A stretch of DNA of 64,000 bases from NCBI GenBank assembly GCA_963741075.1, contig CAVUGS010000002.1, positions 219,669 to 283,668 of the forward strand, in the 5' to 3' direction. Source of the DNA: an uncultured Thermoleophilia bacterium. Its GTDB lineage: Bacteria > Actinomycetota > Thermoleophilia > UBA2241. Positions 24,988 to 36,440 of this stretch are shown in pieces. The notes beneath the pieces were generated by a model that saw only the letters and a program-made list of their open reading frames with translations, made no database searches and was not told the DNA's origin. The position numbers and the translations under genes are program-made. Every line of letters starts with the position of its first letter. The stretch's first letter is position 1.

Positions 24988-26015
24988 TCAGTAGTCCGCG
25001 TCGCCCGCCTTGGTCTTGCCCCAGAACGTCTTGTAGATCAGGGCGGTGTAGATCGAGGACGATGGGCACGAAGATCACCGCGAGGATGAGCATGACCGAG
25101 CAGGGTGAGGTGCCCGGACGCGGCGCGCTCCACCGTGAGGCTGGTCGCCGGCGGCGTGCCGCGGGCCGGCACCATGTCGGGGAAGTTGCCCACGGCGGCG
25201 ATGCCGGCGAGGCCGATGATGATGATCGCCGAGCCGACGAAGGACTTGAGCTCGCCGCCCGCCTTCGATCATCTGCCAGATCGTGTAGAGCACGCCGACC
25301 AGGAAGACGACCAGGAACAGCCAGCCGGCGGCGCTGCCGAACACGTTGTCCGACGCGCGCGAGACGGTGAGGATGGTCGCGAGCGAGGTCGCCACGGCGA
25401 GCACGGCGCAGATCCAGAACGTCACCTTGCGGTAGCGCCAGGCGCGGTCGTGCAGCGTCGCCCTCCGACTTGACCGACAGCCAGGCGGCGCCGTGCTGCA
25501 CGAGCAGGAACAGGCCCGTGACGCCGACGAGCAGCGAGTACGGGTTGAGCAGGTCCCAGAAGGTGCCCGATGTAGTTGCCCTGCGCGTCCATCGGCACGC
25601 CGCGGATGACGTTGCCGAGGGCGACGCCGACGAGCAGCGCCGGCACCAGGCTGCCGAGGAAGAAGGCGCCGTCCCACACGGCGCTCCAGCTCGGCGTCGC
25701 GGTGGCGGAACTCGAGCGACACGGCGCGCAGGATGAGCCCGAACAGCACGAGCATGATCGCCAGGTAGAAGCCGCTGAAGGTCATGGCGTAGACCATCGG
25801 GAACGCGGCGAAGATGGCGCCGGCGCCGGTGAGGAGCCAGACCTCGTTGCCGTCCCAGACCGGGCCGATGGAGGCGCGGACCACGCTCTTGTCGTCCTCG
25901 GACCTGGCGAGGAACGGGTAGAGCACGCCGGCGCCGAGGTCGAAGCCGTCGAGGATCGACGTAGCACGGTGAGCAGGACGGCGACGAGGACGAACCAGAT
26001 GTTGGCCAGGGTCAT
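24988..26015 (-). CDS. cydB: Cytochrome bd ubiquinol oxidase subunit II (indels)
   Basis: LDGFDLG and [12 protein letters not shown]. Confidence 0.93.
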
Positions 26016-26019
26016 CTCG

Positions 26020-27402
26020 TCACCTCCCCGCGCCGGCGGGAGCGGGCCGGCGGGCGCTCGGCGCGTCTCCGGCCTCGAGCATCTCGGCCGCGTCCTCGGG
26101 GCCCTTCTTGATGATGCCGAGGAAGATCCGCAGCCAGGCGACGAACAGGACGAGGTAGATGAGGCCGAAGAGCCCGAGCGTGGTCCAGATCTGGCCGGCC
26201 GAGACGAGCGGCGACACGCCGTCGCTGGTGCGCAGCAGCCCCTGGACGATCCAGGGCTGGCGGCCCACCTCGGCGGCCGTCCAGCCCATGTTGATGGCGA
26301 GGATGGACAGCGGGATGCAGGCGATGAGCACCCACAGCAGCCAGCGCGCCCGCTCGAGCCGTCCCGAGCATGTGCATGACGAGCGCCACGCAGGAACACG
26401 AGGATGAAGAGCACGCCCAGGGCGATCATCAGGTGGTAGCTCTGGAACGTCGAGCTGCACCGGCGGCCTGTCGGCCGGCGGCCACGCTGTTGAGCCCGGT
26501 GACCTCGTGGTCGGGGCTGAGGCCCAGCATGAGGCTGAGGCCGCTCGGGATGCTGATGCCGCGTGGTCGTCTGCCGTCGCCTGTCTGACCCAGCCGAACG
26601 AGGTACAGCGGCGCGTTCGTCTGCGTGTCGCCGACGTTCTCGAAGGCGGCCATCTTGACCGGCTGGTGCTCGGCGACCACGAGGGCGCCCCAGTGGCCGA
26701 GGAACGGCATGGCGATCGCGAGCGACGAGGCCGACGCGAGGCCGCCCAGAGCATGGCCTGGCGCGCGAAGTGCAGGTGGCGCTTCTTGAGCAGGTAGTAC
26801 GCGCAGACGCCGGCGACCACGAAGCAGCCGGTGAGCAGGGCCGCCGCGACCGTGTGGAAGTAGCGCGGGCCGATGGACGGGTTGAGCGCCGCCGCCCAGA
26901 AGCTCGTGAGCACGGCCTTGCCGTCCTCGACCTTGTAGCCGGCCGGCGTCTGCATCCACGAGTTGGCGATGAGGATCCACAGCGCCGAGAGGAGCGCGCC
27001 GATCCACACCAGCCAGGCGGACACGTAGTAGAAGCGCTTGGAGACCCTCTTGCGGCCGAAGAGCAGGACGCCGAGGAAGGTGGACTCGAGGAAGAAGGCG
27101 AACAGGCCCTCGGCCGCCAGCGGCGCGCCGAAGATGTTGCCGACGAAGCGCGAGTAGTCGGCCCAGTTGGTGCCGAAGGCGAACTCCATGGTGATGCCCG
27201 TGGCCACGCCGATGGCGAACGTCGCCGTGAAGAGCTTGATCCAGAAGTTGGACGCCGCCCTGTCGGCGGCGATGCCGCTCTTGTAGTAGCGGCGCTCGGA
27301 GAGCACGACCATCATCCCCACGCCGATGCTGATGGGGACGAAGATGAAGTGGTACCCGATGGTGAACGCGAACTGGATGCGGGCGAGCGTTACGGCGTCC
27401 AT
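26020..27402 (-). CDS. cydA: Cytochrome bd ubiquinol oxidase subunit I (indels)
   Basis: LARIQFAFTIGYHFIF, EFAFGTNW, ANSWMQTP, QPVKMAAFE and EVGRQPW. Confidence 0.95.
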   Translation of the reverse strand: MDAVTLARIQFAFTIGYHFIFVPISIGVGMMVVLSERRYYKSGIAADRAASNFWIKLFTATFAIGVATGITMEFAFGTNWADYSRFVGNIFGAPLAAEGLFAFFLESTFLGVLLFGRKRVSKRFYYVSAWLVWIGALLSALWILIANSWMQTPAGYKVEDGKAVLTSFWAAALNPSIGPRYFHTVAAALLTGCFVVAGVCAYYLLKKRHLHFARQAMLWAASRRPRRSRSPCRSSATGAPSWSPSTSRSRWPPSRTSATRRRTRRCTSFGWVRQATADDHAASASRAASASCWASAPTTRSPGSTAWPPADRPPVQLDVPELPPDDRPGRALHPRVPAWRSSCTCSGRLERARWLLWVLIACIPLSILAINMGWTAAEVGRQPWIVQGLLRTSDGVSPLVSAGQIWTTLGLFGLIYLVLFVAWLRIFLGIIKKGPEDAAEMLEAGDAPSARRPAPAGAGR

Positions 27403-27678
27403 TGCGTGTCCGCCACCTCCTTTGGCAAGCGAGTGGGCCGGCGCCGCTCCCCAGTCGGCGCCGGCCAGTACGTGCACATTTTCACTATCGTCGTGGTGCT
27501 TTGTCAATGCGAATCTTGTGCGGCGGGCACAATGAGCCGCGGGAGAGGGGCGTTACCCCTGCATGAGAAGTATTAAGGGGAGGTTAAGAGGCCTGTTCAG
27601 GCGTGGAGGCCGCGTGCTACTATTCCCGCGGGCCGGCACCGAACGCCGGCCGTTGTGCTGTCTAGGAGGCTGATTCGC

Positions 27679-28029
27679 TTGTCTGAAGAACAGCTTGAAT
27701 GTCAGGAATGCTCGGCGCAGTGCGAGAAGGTCGTCTACCCGGCCGCCTGTCTCGCCATGAACTGCCGTTTCCTGTACGCGTTCAAGGAAGACGGCGACAC
27801 GTTCTTCGGGTGTATCGAGAAGGTGTTCCCGCACGAGATCGACCTGAAGATGTTCCAGGAGATCGAGCGCGGCAAGGGTGGGTTCGGCGTGGTCAAGGTC
27901 GCCCGCCAGCCGCTGCCGCAGTGCTCCATCGCGGTGCAGAGCTGCTACGCCACCGGCGAGGGCCCGCTGTGCCGCAACATGTACTTCCGGCGCCGCGACC
28001 GGCGTGAGGTGCAGACCGTAGAGGACTGA
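27679..28029 (+). CDS. Cys-rich hypothetical protein
   Basis: Intact ORF with AGGAGG RBS; CxxCxxxC...CxxxxC pattern, 8 Cys. Confidence 0.75.
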   Translation: MSEEQLECQECSAQCEKVVYPAACLAMNCRFLYAFKEDGDTFFGCIEKVFPHEIDLKMFQEIERGKGGFGVVKVARQPLPQCSIAVQSCYATGEGPLCRNMYFRRRDRREVQTVED

Positions 28030-28144
28030 CAGCGACGCGGTCAGAACGATCGAGGATTTGCAGGCGAAACCGCGGCAGCGCCGCGGTTTCGCCGTCTCGG
28101 GGGCTGGTATACTGAGACAGCGCAGCCACCAAGGCTGCCCAGTT

Positions 28145-28504
28145 GGGGGCGAACAGGTCTCGACATGGGCTGTACCGAGGTGGGAGCAGCAGGCCGAGGT
28201 CCGGTGGCCTCGTTAAACTGCCGGAACACACTACTTGCCGAGAATAATTCTCTCGCACTCGCCGCCTAAGTAATTAGGTGACGCATCGCACCCGGCTCGC
28301 CCGCGGCCGGGACTCGCGGTGTCATCAAGCGGGCTGGGGTGCGGTCGCGCTGCTCCGAGCGAGCGCACCCGAGACTGATCGGAGCTGGCGACCGGCACCC
28401 GGCCGACGCGGGGGCCGCGAGCGAGATGAAATGCGCCGGCTAAGCCTGTAGAGACTCCGCCGAGGCGTCCGTGGACGCGGGTTCGATTCCCGCCGCCTCC
28501 ACCA
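28145..28504 (+). ncRNA. ssrA: tmRNA, tag (A)AENNSLALAA
   Basis: 5' GGGGGCG pairs with 3' CGCCTCC-ACCA with the alanyl G3:U pair; T-arm GGTTCGATTCC; tag ORF 28237-28269 ends LALAA-TAA. Confidence 0.96.
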
Positions 28505-28543
28505 ACTCCGCTTCCGACTCGTCGGACGTACTATACTGCGGGC

Positions 28544-29762
28544 GTGGAACGGCCAGCCGACATCCTCGCCGCGCCGGCGGGCGCTGCTCCCGCGCCGCCC
28601 CGGCGCCCCCGCTGCTCGACCCCTTGCCGGTCAGCATCGTCCTCGCGCTCGTCTTCACCGCCGGCGGGCTGGTCGAGCTGCTCGCGCGCGGGGCCCGTGC
28701 CCGGCCGGGTACCGCGCGGACGGCGCCGCCCTCATCGTCCTCACCGTCGCCAGCGGGCTCACGCTGGCCGCGCTCTGGTGGTCGCCGCTGGCGAGCCTCA
28801 TCGTGGCGGTGCTGCTGCTCTGCGCCCAGGCCCTCGCCGGCTACGAGTACACTCGGCCGCCGTCGGCGCCGTGGTCGTGGCCTCGTTCGCGACGGTCGCC
28901 TTCGACCACTGGGGCGGGCCGTGGCCGCCGGCTTCGTGGTCGCCGCCGGCGTCGTCCTCGTGCTCCTGGAGCTGCCCGTCGGTCACGTGGCAGGCGGCGT
29001 CGCGACCTGGGTGTCGCTCTCCGTCGTCTGGGTCGTCGCGGTCGTCATCCGCATCTACCGCGGCAGCATCGAGCGGGCCGAGCGCCGGGCGGCGCTGTTC
29101 GCGGCCGACCGCGAGGCGCGCGCCCGCGAGGCCGTGGCCGAGGAGCGGGCGCGCATGGCGCGCGAGCTGCACGACAGCGTCGGCCACGCGCTCAACGTGG
29201 TCGTGCTGCACGCGGGCGCGGCGCAGCGGATCATCGAGAAGAAGCCGGAGCTGGCGCGCGAGGCGCTCGACTCCATCGAGACGGCGGGCCGCCAGGCGCT
29301 CGGCGACATCGAGCGCATGCTCGGCATCCTGCGCGCGCCGGAGGAGGAGGCGTGCTGCGACGTCACGCCCGGGCATGGGCCAGCTGGAGACGCTGTGCGA
29401 GCAGGTCCGCGAGGCCGGCCTGCCGGTCGAGCTCGCGTGGAGGGCGAGGCGCGGCCGCTGCCGGCGAGCCTCGACCTGACGGCCTACCGCATCGTGCAGG
29501 AGTCGCTGACGAACACGCTCAAGCATGCCGGCAAGACGCGCGCGACCGTGAGCGTCGCGCTACGAGGAGGCGGCGCTCGCCATCGAGGTGCTCGACGAGG
29601 GCCGCGGCGTCACGCCGGCGGCACGGCCGGCGGCGGCCGCGGCCTGCTCGGGCATGCGCGAGCGCGTGGCCACTTTCCGGGGAGAGCTCGAGGCGGGCCG
29701 CGCGCCGGAGGGCGGGTTCGGCGTCCGCGCGCGGCTGCCGCTGGACGGCGCAGAGGGCCTAA
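28544..29762 (+). CDS. Membrane sensor histidine kinase, HisKA_3 type (many indels)
   Basis: ERARMARELHDSVGH, AYRIVQESLTN, DEGRG and GLLGMRER. Confidence 0.88.
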
Positions 29763-29807
29763 GGTGAGGGGCGGAGCAGCCGCGCCTCACGGGGAAACGG
29801 AGGGGAC

Positions 29808-30487
29808 ATGACCGTCAAGCTGGTGCTGGCCGACGACGAGCAGCTGGTGCGCTCCGGCCTGCGCCTCATCCTCGAGGCGGAGGACGACATCGAGGTGGTC
29901 GGCGAGGCCGGCGACGGCGCCGAGGCGGTCGACGCTCACGCGGCGCCTGGACCCCGACGTGGTGCTCATGGACGTGCAGATGCCGGTGATGAACGGCATC
30001 GAGGCGACGCGCGAGATCGTCGCGCTGGGGCGCGAGGACAGCTCGCGCGTCGTGATCCTCACGACCTTCGACCTCGACGAGTACGTGTACGAGGCGCTCA
30101 AGGCCGGGGCCAGCGGCTTTCTGCTCAAGCGCACGCCGGCCGAGGACCTCGTCGCCGGCGATCCGCGTGGTGGCGGAGGGCGAGGCGCTGCTCGCGCCCT
30201 CGGTGACGCAGCGCCTCATCGAGAACTTCCGCAGCCGCCCGAGCGGCGCCCGCCGCGACGCCAGCGAGCTCGACGACCTCACCGAGCGCGAGCGCGAGGT
30301 GCTCGTGCTGGTGGCGCGCGGCATGACCAACGGCGACATCGCCGCGCACCTGTTCCTCAGCGAGGGCACCGTGAAGACGCACGTGAAGCGCATCTTCGCC
30401 AAGCTCGGCCTGCACGACCGCACCCAGGCCGTGATCCTCGCCTACGAGGTCGGGCTGGTGCGGCCGGGGGAGAGCGCGGCCGAGTGA
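29808..30487 (+). CDS. NarL/LuxR response regulator (indels)
   Basis: [26 protein letters not shown] and LTERERE...TVKTHV. Confidence 0.92.
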
Positions 30488-30489
30488 CC

Positions 30490-30785
30490 TGAGCCGTCTC
30501 CGCCCCCGTCACCATGTGAACGGCCCACGCGCCGCCGTGATACGAACCTGTGCCTGGGCCGACGGCTGCGATGCCGTCGCCGAACATGCTGCCGTTGACG
30601 AAGATGGCGTAGATGGGGTCTTGGCCGCCGTTCGGCAGCGGCGAGGAGACGACGACCGTACCTAGTCTCTCCCCGTTCAGCCAGAGGTGGTGGCCGGTGA
30701 TCGCCGCCGACGCGCCCGCCGGTACCGCGATCGCGAGCGCGAGCAGGAGCGCCGCACTCAGAATCAACATCATCCTGCGGACCAT
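30490..30785 (-). CDS. Small secreted hypothetical protein, probably 3'-truncated
   Basis: Signal peptide ending in VPAGA and an RBS; the ORF runs into the convergent response regulator. Confidence 0.5.
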
Positions 30786-31046
30786 CGTTCTTCCTTTCCC
30801 TGCGGCCTCTCAGCGTCGCCCGTCTCGCGCGCCGACCGGGAGGCCTGTGTGCGGCCACCAGAACTCACGGTCTGGGCCGCCCTCCAAGAACGAGAGCAAA
30901 CTACCCGCGGGGCCTTTCGTCCCGCTTGCGGGTCCCTTACGAAAGGCTGAACGCTCGCCAGTCGGCCGTCCCCGGGCGCGTCCGCGGGGGGTCGCGGGGG
31001 TACACAGCAGGTGCAGCAGGCAAGCTGTCCAGAGGAGGTCCGAGAC

Positions 31047-31735
31047 GTGACGCCCGTGGTCCTGGTCGTCGAAGACGAGCCGAGCATCGCCGAGGTCGTG
31101 GCCTGTACCTGCGGCGCGCGGGCTACGAGGTGCGACCGTCGGCGACGGGCGAGGCGGCGCTCGAGCGAGATCGGCACGGGCGACGCCCGACCTCGTCGTG
31201 CTCGACCTCATGCTGCCGGAGGTCGACGGCTACGAGGTCACGCGCCGGCTGCGGCGCGCGGCGACACGCCCATCATCATGCTGACGGCGCGCAAGGCGAG
31301 GTCGACCGCATCGCCGGGCTCGAGATGGGCGCCGACGACTACGTGGTCAAGCCGTTCAGCGCCCAGGAGCTGGTCAGCCGGGTGCGGGCCGTGCTGCGGC
31401 GCGCGAGCGGGCCGCCCGGCCGACCTCGCAGGAGGCGCCGCTCGAGTTCGACGACCTCGCCATCGACCCGGTGGCGCGCACCGTCGCGGTGCGCGGCGAC
31501 GGAGCGCAATCCTGACGGCCAAGGAGTTCGACCTCCTGCCACGCTCGCGCGGCGCCCGCGCCAGGTGTTCAACCGCGACAAGCTGCTCGAGCTGGTGTGG
31601 GGCTCGGCGGAGTACATCGACCCCAGCACCGTCACCGTGCACGTGCGCCGGGTGCGCGAGAAGATCGAGGACGACCCCTCGCAGCCGCGCCACATCACGA
31701 CCGTGTGGGGCGTGGGCTACCGGTTCGAGCCATGA
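31047..31735 (+). CDS. OmpR family response regulator (many indels)
   Basis: [40 protein letters not shown] and TVWGVGYRF. Confidence 0.9.
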
Positions 31736-33031
31736 GCGCCGAGGCGAAAGGGCAGCTCGGTCCCGGTGCGGCCGGCGATGCAGGCTTCGGAAGTCGCCCG
31801 CCGCTGACCGCAAGGCCTCGCCGCGCCGCAACCTGCTGGTCTTCACGGGCGGCACGTGCTCGCCGTCGCCGGCGGACTGCTCGTCTTCTCGCTCGTCTTC
31901 AGGCCGCCGCGCGAACGACTTCGTCGCGATGGCGCTGTTACCTCGGCATCACGGCGGCCATCTCGCTGCTCGCCGGCGTCCTCGCCTACCGCTTCGGCTG
32001 GATGCGGCGCTCGCCGCGCCTCGCCTGGACGCTGCTCGCGGGCTACCTGCTCGCCATCATCCTCACCTTCTTCAACGTGCTGGTCACGGCCCGGCTGATG
32101 TTCCTGAGCCGGCACGACCTGCTGCTCTCGACCGTGCTGCTCGTGTTCGCCGCCATCATCGCCATGTCGCTCGGCTACCTGGTCTCGGGCACCGTCGTCG
32201 CCGCCGTTCGCAGCTGAACCGCGCGGCCGAGGAGGTCGCCGCGCGGCAACCTCGACGTGGTCGTGCCCGGCGAGGGGCCCGACGAGGTCGCCGAGCTGGC
32301 CCGGCACTTCAACGAGATGACGGCCGCCTGCGCGAGGCGGAGACGAGCGGCCGAGATCGAGCCGGCGCGCAGCGACCTGCTGATCGCCGTCGGCCACGAT
32401 CTGCGCACGCCGCTCGCCTCGGTGCGCGTGATCGTCGAGGCGCTGTCCGACGGCGTGGTCGACGACCCGGCGACCGTGCAGCGCTACTGCGCACCGCGCG
32501 CAGCGACCTGGCCACCCTCTCGCACCTCGTCGACGACCTCTTCGTGCTGGCGCACCTCGAGTCGGGCGGCGTGGAGCTGGAGCGCAGCCGAACTCGATGG
32601 CCGACCTCATCTCCGACATCCTCGAGTCGTTCTCGCTGCGCGCCGAGCAGCAGCAGGTGACGCTCCGCGGCGAGGCGCTGGCCGATACCGAACCTCGACT
32701 TCGACGCCGCCTACGTGGAGCGCGTGCTGGCGAACCTGGTCGAGAACGCGCTGCGCTACACGCCGCCGGGCGGCGAGGTCGTCCTGAAGACCGCCGCGTG
32801 ACGGCGGCGTCGGGTGCAGGTCAGCGACACGGGACCGGGCATCGCCGAGCGCGACGTGCCTCGGGTGTTCGAGCGCTTCTACCGCGGCGAGGCCTCGCGC
32901 AGCCGGGCGACCGGCGGCAGCGGCCTCGGGCTGGCGATCGTCAAGGGCGTCGTCGAGGCGCACGGCGGCAGCGTCGGCGTCGCGTCGCTCCCGGGACGGG
33001 CACGACGTTCTCGTTCGTCCTCCCGGCGTAG
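31732..33031 (+). CDS. HAMP sensor histidine kinase (many indels)
   Basis: [28 protein letters not shown] and GSGLGLAI. Confidence 0.88.
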
Positions 33032-33451
33032 GTCCTTGAGACGAGAGGGCGGAGGGTGACGCGGGGCCGAGATCGGCTCCCTCGCCCGCGCTCCGGCCTT
33101 ATTGGTCAGTACTGGCCGAGGTGCCCCCCGTCCGGCCAGATGCCGTCGCCGGGCATGTTGGGTCGACCAGTCAGCGGCCGGCGCCGTTCGGGCATCGTCG
33201 TGGGCTCGCCCCGGTAGTCGGTAACGCTACGACGCGAAACCTCTCACCCCCGGGGATGCCCGCGGCGCATACGAGGTAGCGGTGCCCGCGTTGCGTGATC
33301 TGGCTGAGTCCGAGGCTGGTCGCCTCGGTCCCCGCGCCGGCCGTTTCCACCCGGGCGAAACCGGAGAATCAGATGGGACGCACGTATCGAGCAGAATACG
33401 CGACCGCATCAGCTCGGCTCCAGGCTGCGCGGACACCGAGGAGAGCGACCG

Positions 33452-33982
33452 TTGCCACCCGACTACGTAACAGCACCCGCTGCCGCCCATCACCTGGCGG
33501 CGCTCAGGGCCATCGAGCTGAGGGCAGCATCGCGCTTTCACGGGTGGCATGTTCCACCGGCGATGTTCGAGGACGCGACGCCGCTCTCGGTCTTCGAGGC
33601 GGCGCAGGTCTCAGGCCACCTCTGGGTCGCCCTCTCCCCGACCGGCCACTGCGTCGGGTTCGCCCTCGTCGAGCCGTCCGGCGATCGTCTGCACCTTGAG
33701 GAACTCGACGTCCTGCCGGAGCACGGCGGCCGCGGCCTGGGACGGGCGCTCGTGAGCGAGGTCGAGCGCTGGGCTATCGATAACCACTTCGCCGAGATCA
33801 CCTTGACGAGCTACCGCGACGTCCCGTGGAACGCGCCCTTCTACGCGCGCCTCGGTTTTCGACCTCGGGGCCGCCGACCTTGACGCCGAGCTGGCCGCGC
33901 GGCTTGCGGCCGAGGCCGCCCGCGGGCTGGACACGATGCCGCGCGTGGCCATGCGCAAGCGGCTGAACCGTCCGACAGATGA
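33452..33982 (+). CDS. GNAT acetyltransferase (3' end approximate)
   Basis: HLEELDVLPEHGGRGLG and DVPWNAPFYARLGF. Confidence 0.8.
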
Positions 33983-34464
33983 AGCGGCAGACCTCGAGCG
34001 CGCGGACACGACATCCGGCCGGCGCGCGCGAGTGACCGGCGCAACTCTCCTTGCCCTCTGGGAGCGCTCGAGTCCGCGCGACCCATGGCTTCCTCAGCGA
34101 AGAAGCGATCGAGTTCCCTCAGGCCCCGGGTGCGCGAGATCCTCGCGGGCGACACGCTCGAGCTGTGGGTCCTCGCCGACAAGCGGACGTGCCGATCGGG
34201 TTCCTGGGGCTGGCCGGCGACGCCATCGAGGCGCTGTTCCTAGAGCCCGAACGCCGTCGCCGCGGCGGCGGCCGGCGCCTGGTGGCACACGCGCAGGCGC
34301 TCGGGCGGCTCGCTGACGGTGGACGTGAACGAGCAGAACGAGTCGGCGCGTCGCTTCTACAAGGCGCTCGGCTTCGTCACGGTGGGCCGCTCTCCGTAGA
34401 TGAGAACGGGCTGCCGTACCCGATCCTTCACCTGCGTCGGGCCGCTCCTGGGGGCGGCGCCTGA
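33979..34464 (+). CDS. GNAT acetyltransferase, YjaB-like (many indels)
   Basis: WERSVRATHGFL, IEALFL, VDVNEQN and PYPILHL when frames are stitched. Confidence 0.7.
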
Positions 34465-34609
34465 TGGATGGGGACCACCGACCGTTGCAGCGAGATGCGA
34501 GCGGCTGAAAGACGCACCAAGGCGCCGCCTCCGCGTGAGCAACGGCATACCCGCGTGCATGTAGACGGAAAGTCAGAAGGATGGCCCATCGTGCGAGAGA
34601 GAGGACGCC

Positions 34610-35068
34610 GTGTCCGTCGACGTGGTGACCGAGATGATCATCAAGCGCCCAAAGGCGGAGGTGGCAGCCTTCGCAGCGGGCCCCGACAACGCACCCAGGT
34701 GGTACGCGAACATCAAGTCGGTCGACTGGAAGTCGGAGCCGCCAGTGGGCCTCGGCTCGCGCGTCGCCTTCGTAGCTGAGTTCCTGGGCAGGCGGCTGAC
34801 GTACACCTATGAGGTCGTGGAGTTCGTTCCCAACGAACGCCTCGTCATGCGCACGAGCGAGGGACCGTTCGCCATGGAGACCACCTACGAGTGGGCCGAA
34901 GACAGCACGGGCGGGACGCGGATGACCCTCCGCAACCGCGGCACGCCCTCCGGCTTTTCGCGCCTGGCGGCGCCGCTCCTTGGAGCGAGCATGCGCAAGG
35001 CGAACCGCAAGGACCTGGAGCGCCTCAAGAGTCTCCTTGAGACGCCCGCAGACCCGCCCGAGCGCTAG
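34610..35068 (+). CDS. SRPBCC/polyketide cyclase family protein
   Basis: PDNAPRWYANI, FLGRRLTYTYEV and ANRKDLERLK. Confidence 0.85.
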   Translation: MSVDVVTEMIIKRPKAEVAAFAAGPDNAPRWYANIKSVDWKSEPPVGLGSRVAFVAEFLGRRLTYTYEVVEFVPNERLVMRTSEGPFAMETTYEWAEDSTGGTRMTLRNRGTPSGFSRLAAPLLGASMRKANRKDLERLKSLLETPADPPER

Positions 35069-35291
35069 GACTCTCCCACATCGCGTGCAAGCGCCGCGCT
35101 GGCAATCCGCGGCGGAACACTCCCGATGACGTAGGGCCGAGGAACCGTGCCTGGCGTAGCCGTCGTATCATGGCGTCACGACTGTGCTTCTCGGCATGCA
35201 AAGGGCTGATCCGCGGCCCGATGCCGGATAGTCCGCAGTGCCACCCACGCCCGCAGCCTCCTGCATGGGCGATGATCCACGAGGGGACTGG

Positions 35292-36440
35292 ATGACGAAG
35301 TTCAAAGCCGGCCAGGGCGTCGGCGAACGGACGCGGTTCGATGAGCGCGACAATGTGCAGGCGCGTGGCACCCTCGAGCCCGGCTCGGTCGACTACGAGG
35401 CCTTCTACGCGCGTCATCCCGAGTGGCGCCGCAAGGATGACCTGATCCGCGCCCTTCCCGGCGTGGGCCGCGTAGGCATCCCGCTGGACACGCCAATGCT
35501 GGGCACGCAGCACGACTTCCTCGCGCGCCTCGGGATGAGCGACATGGTCGATGGACCGGTGGCGCCGGAGCGCCGATCGCTCTCTCCTGAGCGCGCCGCC
35601 GAAAAGGTCAGGGGCTTCGCACGTCATCTCGGCGCCGACCTCGTGCGCATTGGGCCGCTCGACCCGGCCAACGTCTACACGCACGTCGGCAAGACCTGGG
35701 GCGACCCGGCGCGGAGCTGGGGGCAGCCCATAGAGGTGAAGCACCGTAACGCCATCAGCGTCGCGGTCGGCACTCAGCCCCGCCATGCTGAGCACCGGCC
35801 CCGTGCTCCCCGAGGTCGTGGAGGTGATGCGCGTGTACGTGCGGCTTGCGACGATCGCGGTCACCCTTGCGGGCTACATCCGCGCTCTGGGATACGGCGC
35901 CCGCGCCCAGGTGATGCCCAACTACCAGGTCCTGACCGTGCCTGTCGCCATCGACGCCGGCATGGGTGAGCTCGGCCGGCATGGCCTTATGATCACTAAG
36001 GAGCTCGGCAGCGCGCTCAAGCTGGCGACGGTGACCACGGACCTGCCGATGGCCTTCGACCAGCCGAGAGACATCGGCGTCGCGGAGTTCTGCCGTGACT
36101 GCCGCATCTGTGCCGAGAGCTGCCCAGGCGGCGCCATCCCGCGCGGAGAACAGACGGTCAGCGAGGGCGTGCGCAAGTGGCGGATCAACCCCGAGGCCTG
36201 CTTCAGCGTCTGGAACACGACGGGGACCGACTGCGGCGTGTGCCTGGCGTCGTGCCCGTGGACGAACCCGAGGACCGCGTTCCACCGCCTCTGCGTCGAG
36301 GTGGCCTCGCGGAAGATGAAGGCCGGCTGGTGGATGAGCCGCGCGGATGCGCTCGTGTACGGCCGCTTCAAGCCGGCAGCGGTGCCCCGTGGTTCGAAGC
36401 CCCGGCCTCTGCCTGGAGGAAATACAAGCGCCTGCGCTGA
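35292..36440 (+). CDS. Reductive dehalogenase / epoxyqueuosine reductase-like cobalamin 2x[4Fe-4S] protein (indels)
   Basis: LGADLVRIG, AGMGELGRHG, VTTDLP, FCRDCRICAESCP and CGVCLASCPW. Confidence 0.82.

Noticed and set aside
34390-34400. TAG inside the second GNAT
   Set aside because: A one-base deletion explains it (RSPVDENGLPYP); the continuation is in another frame.
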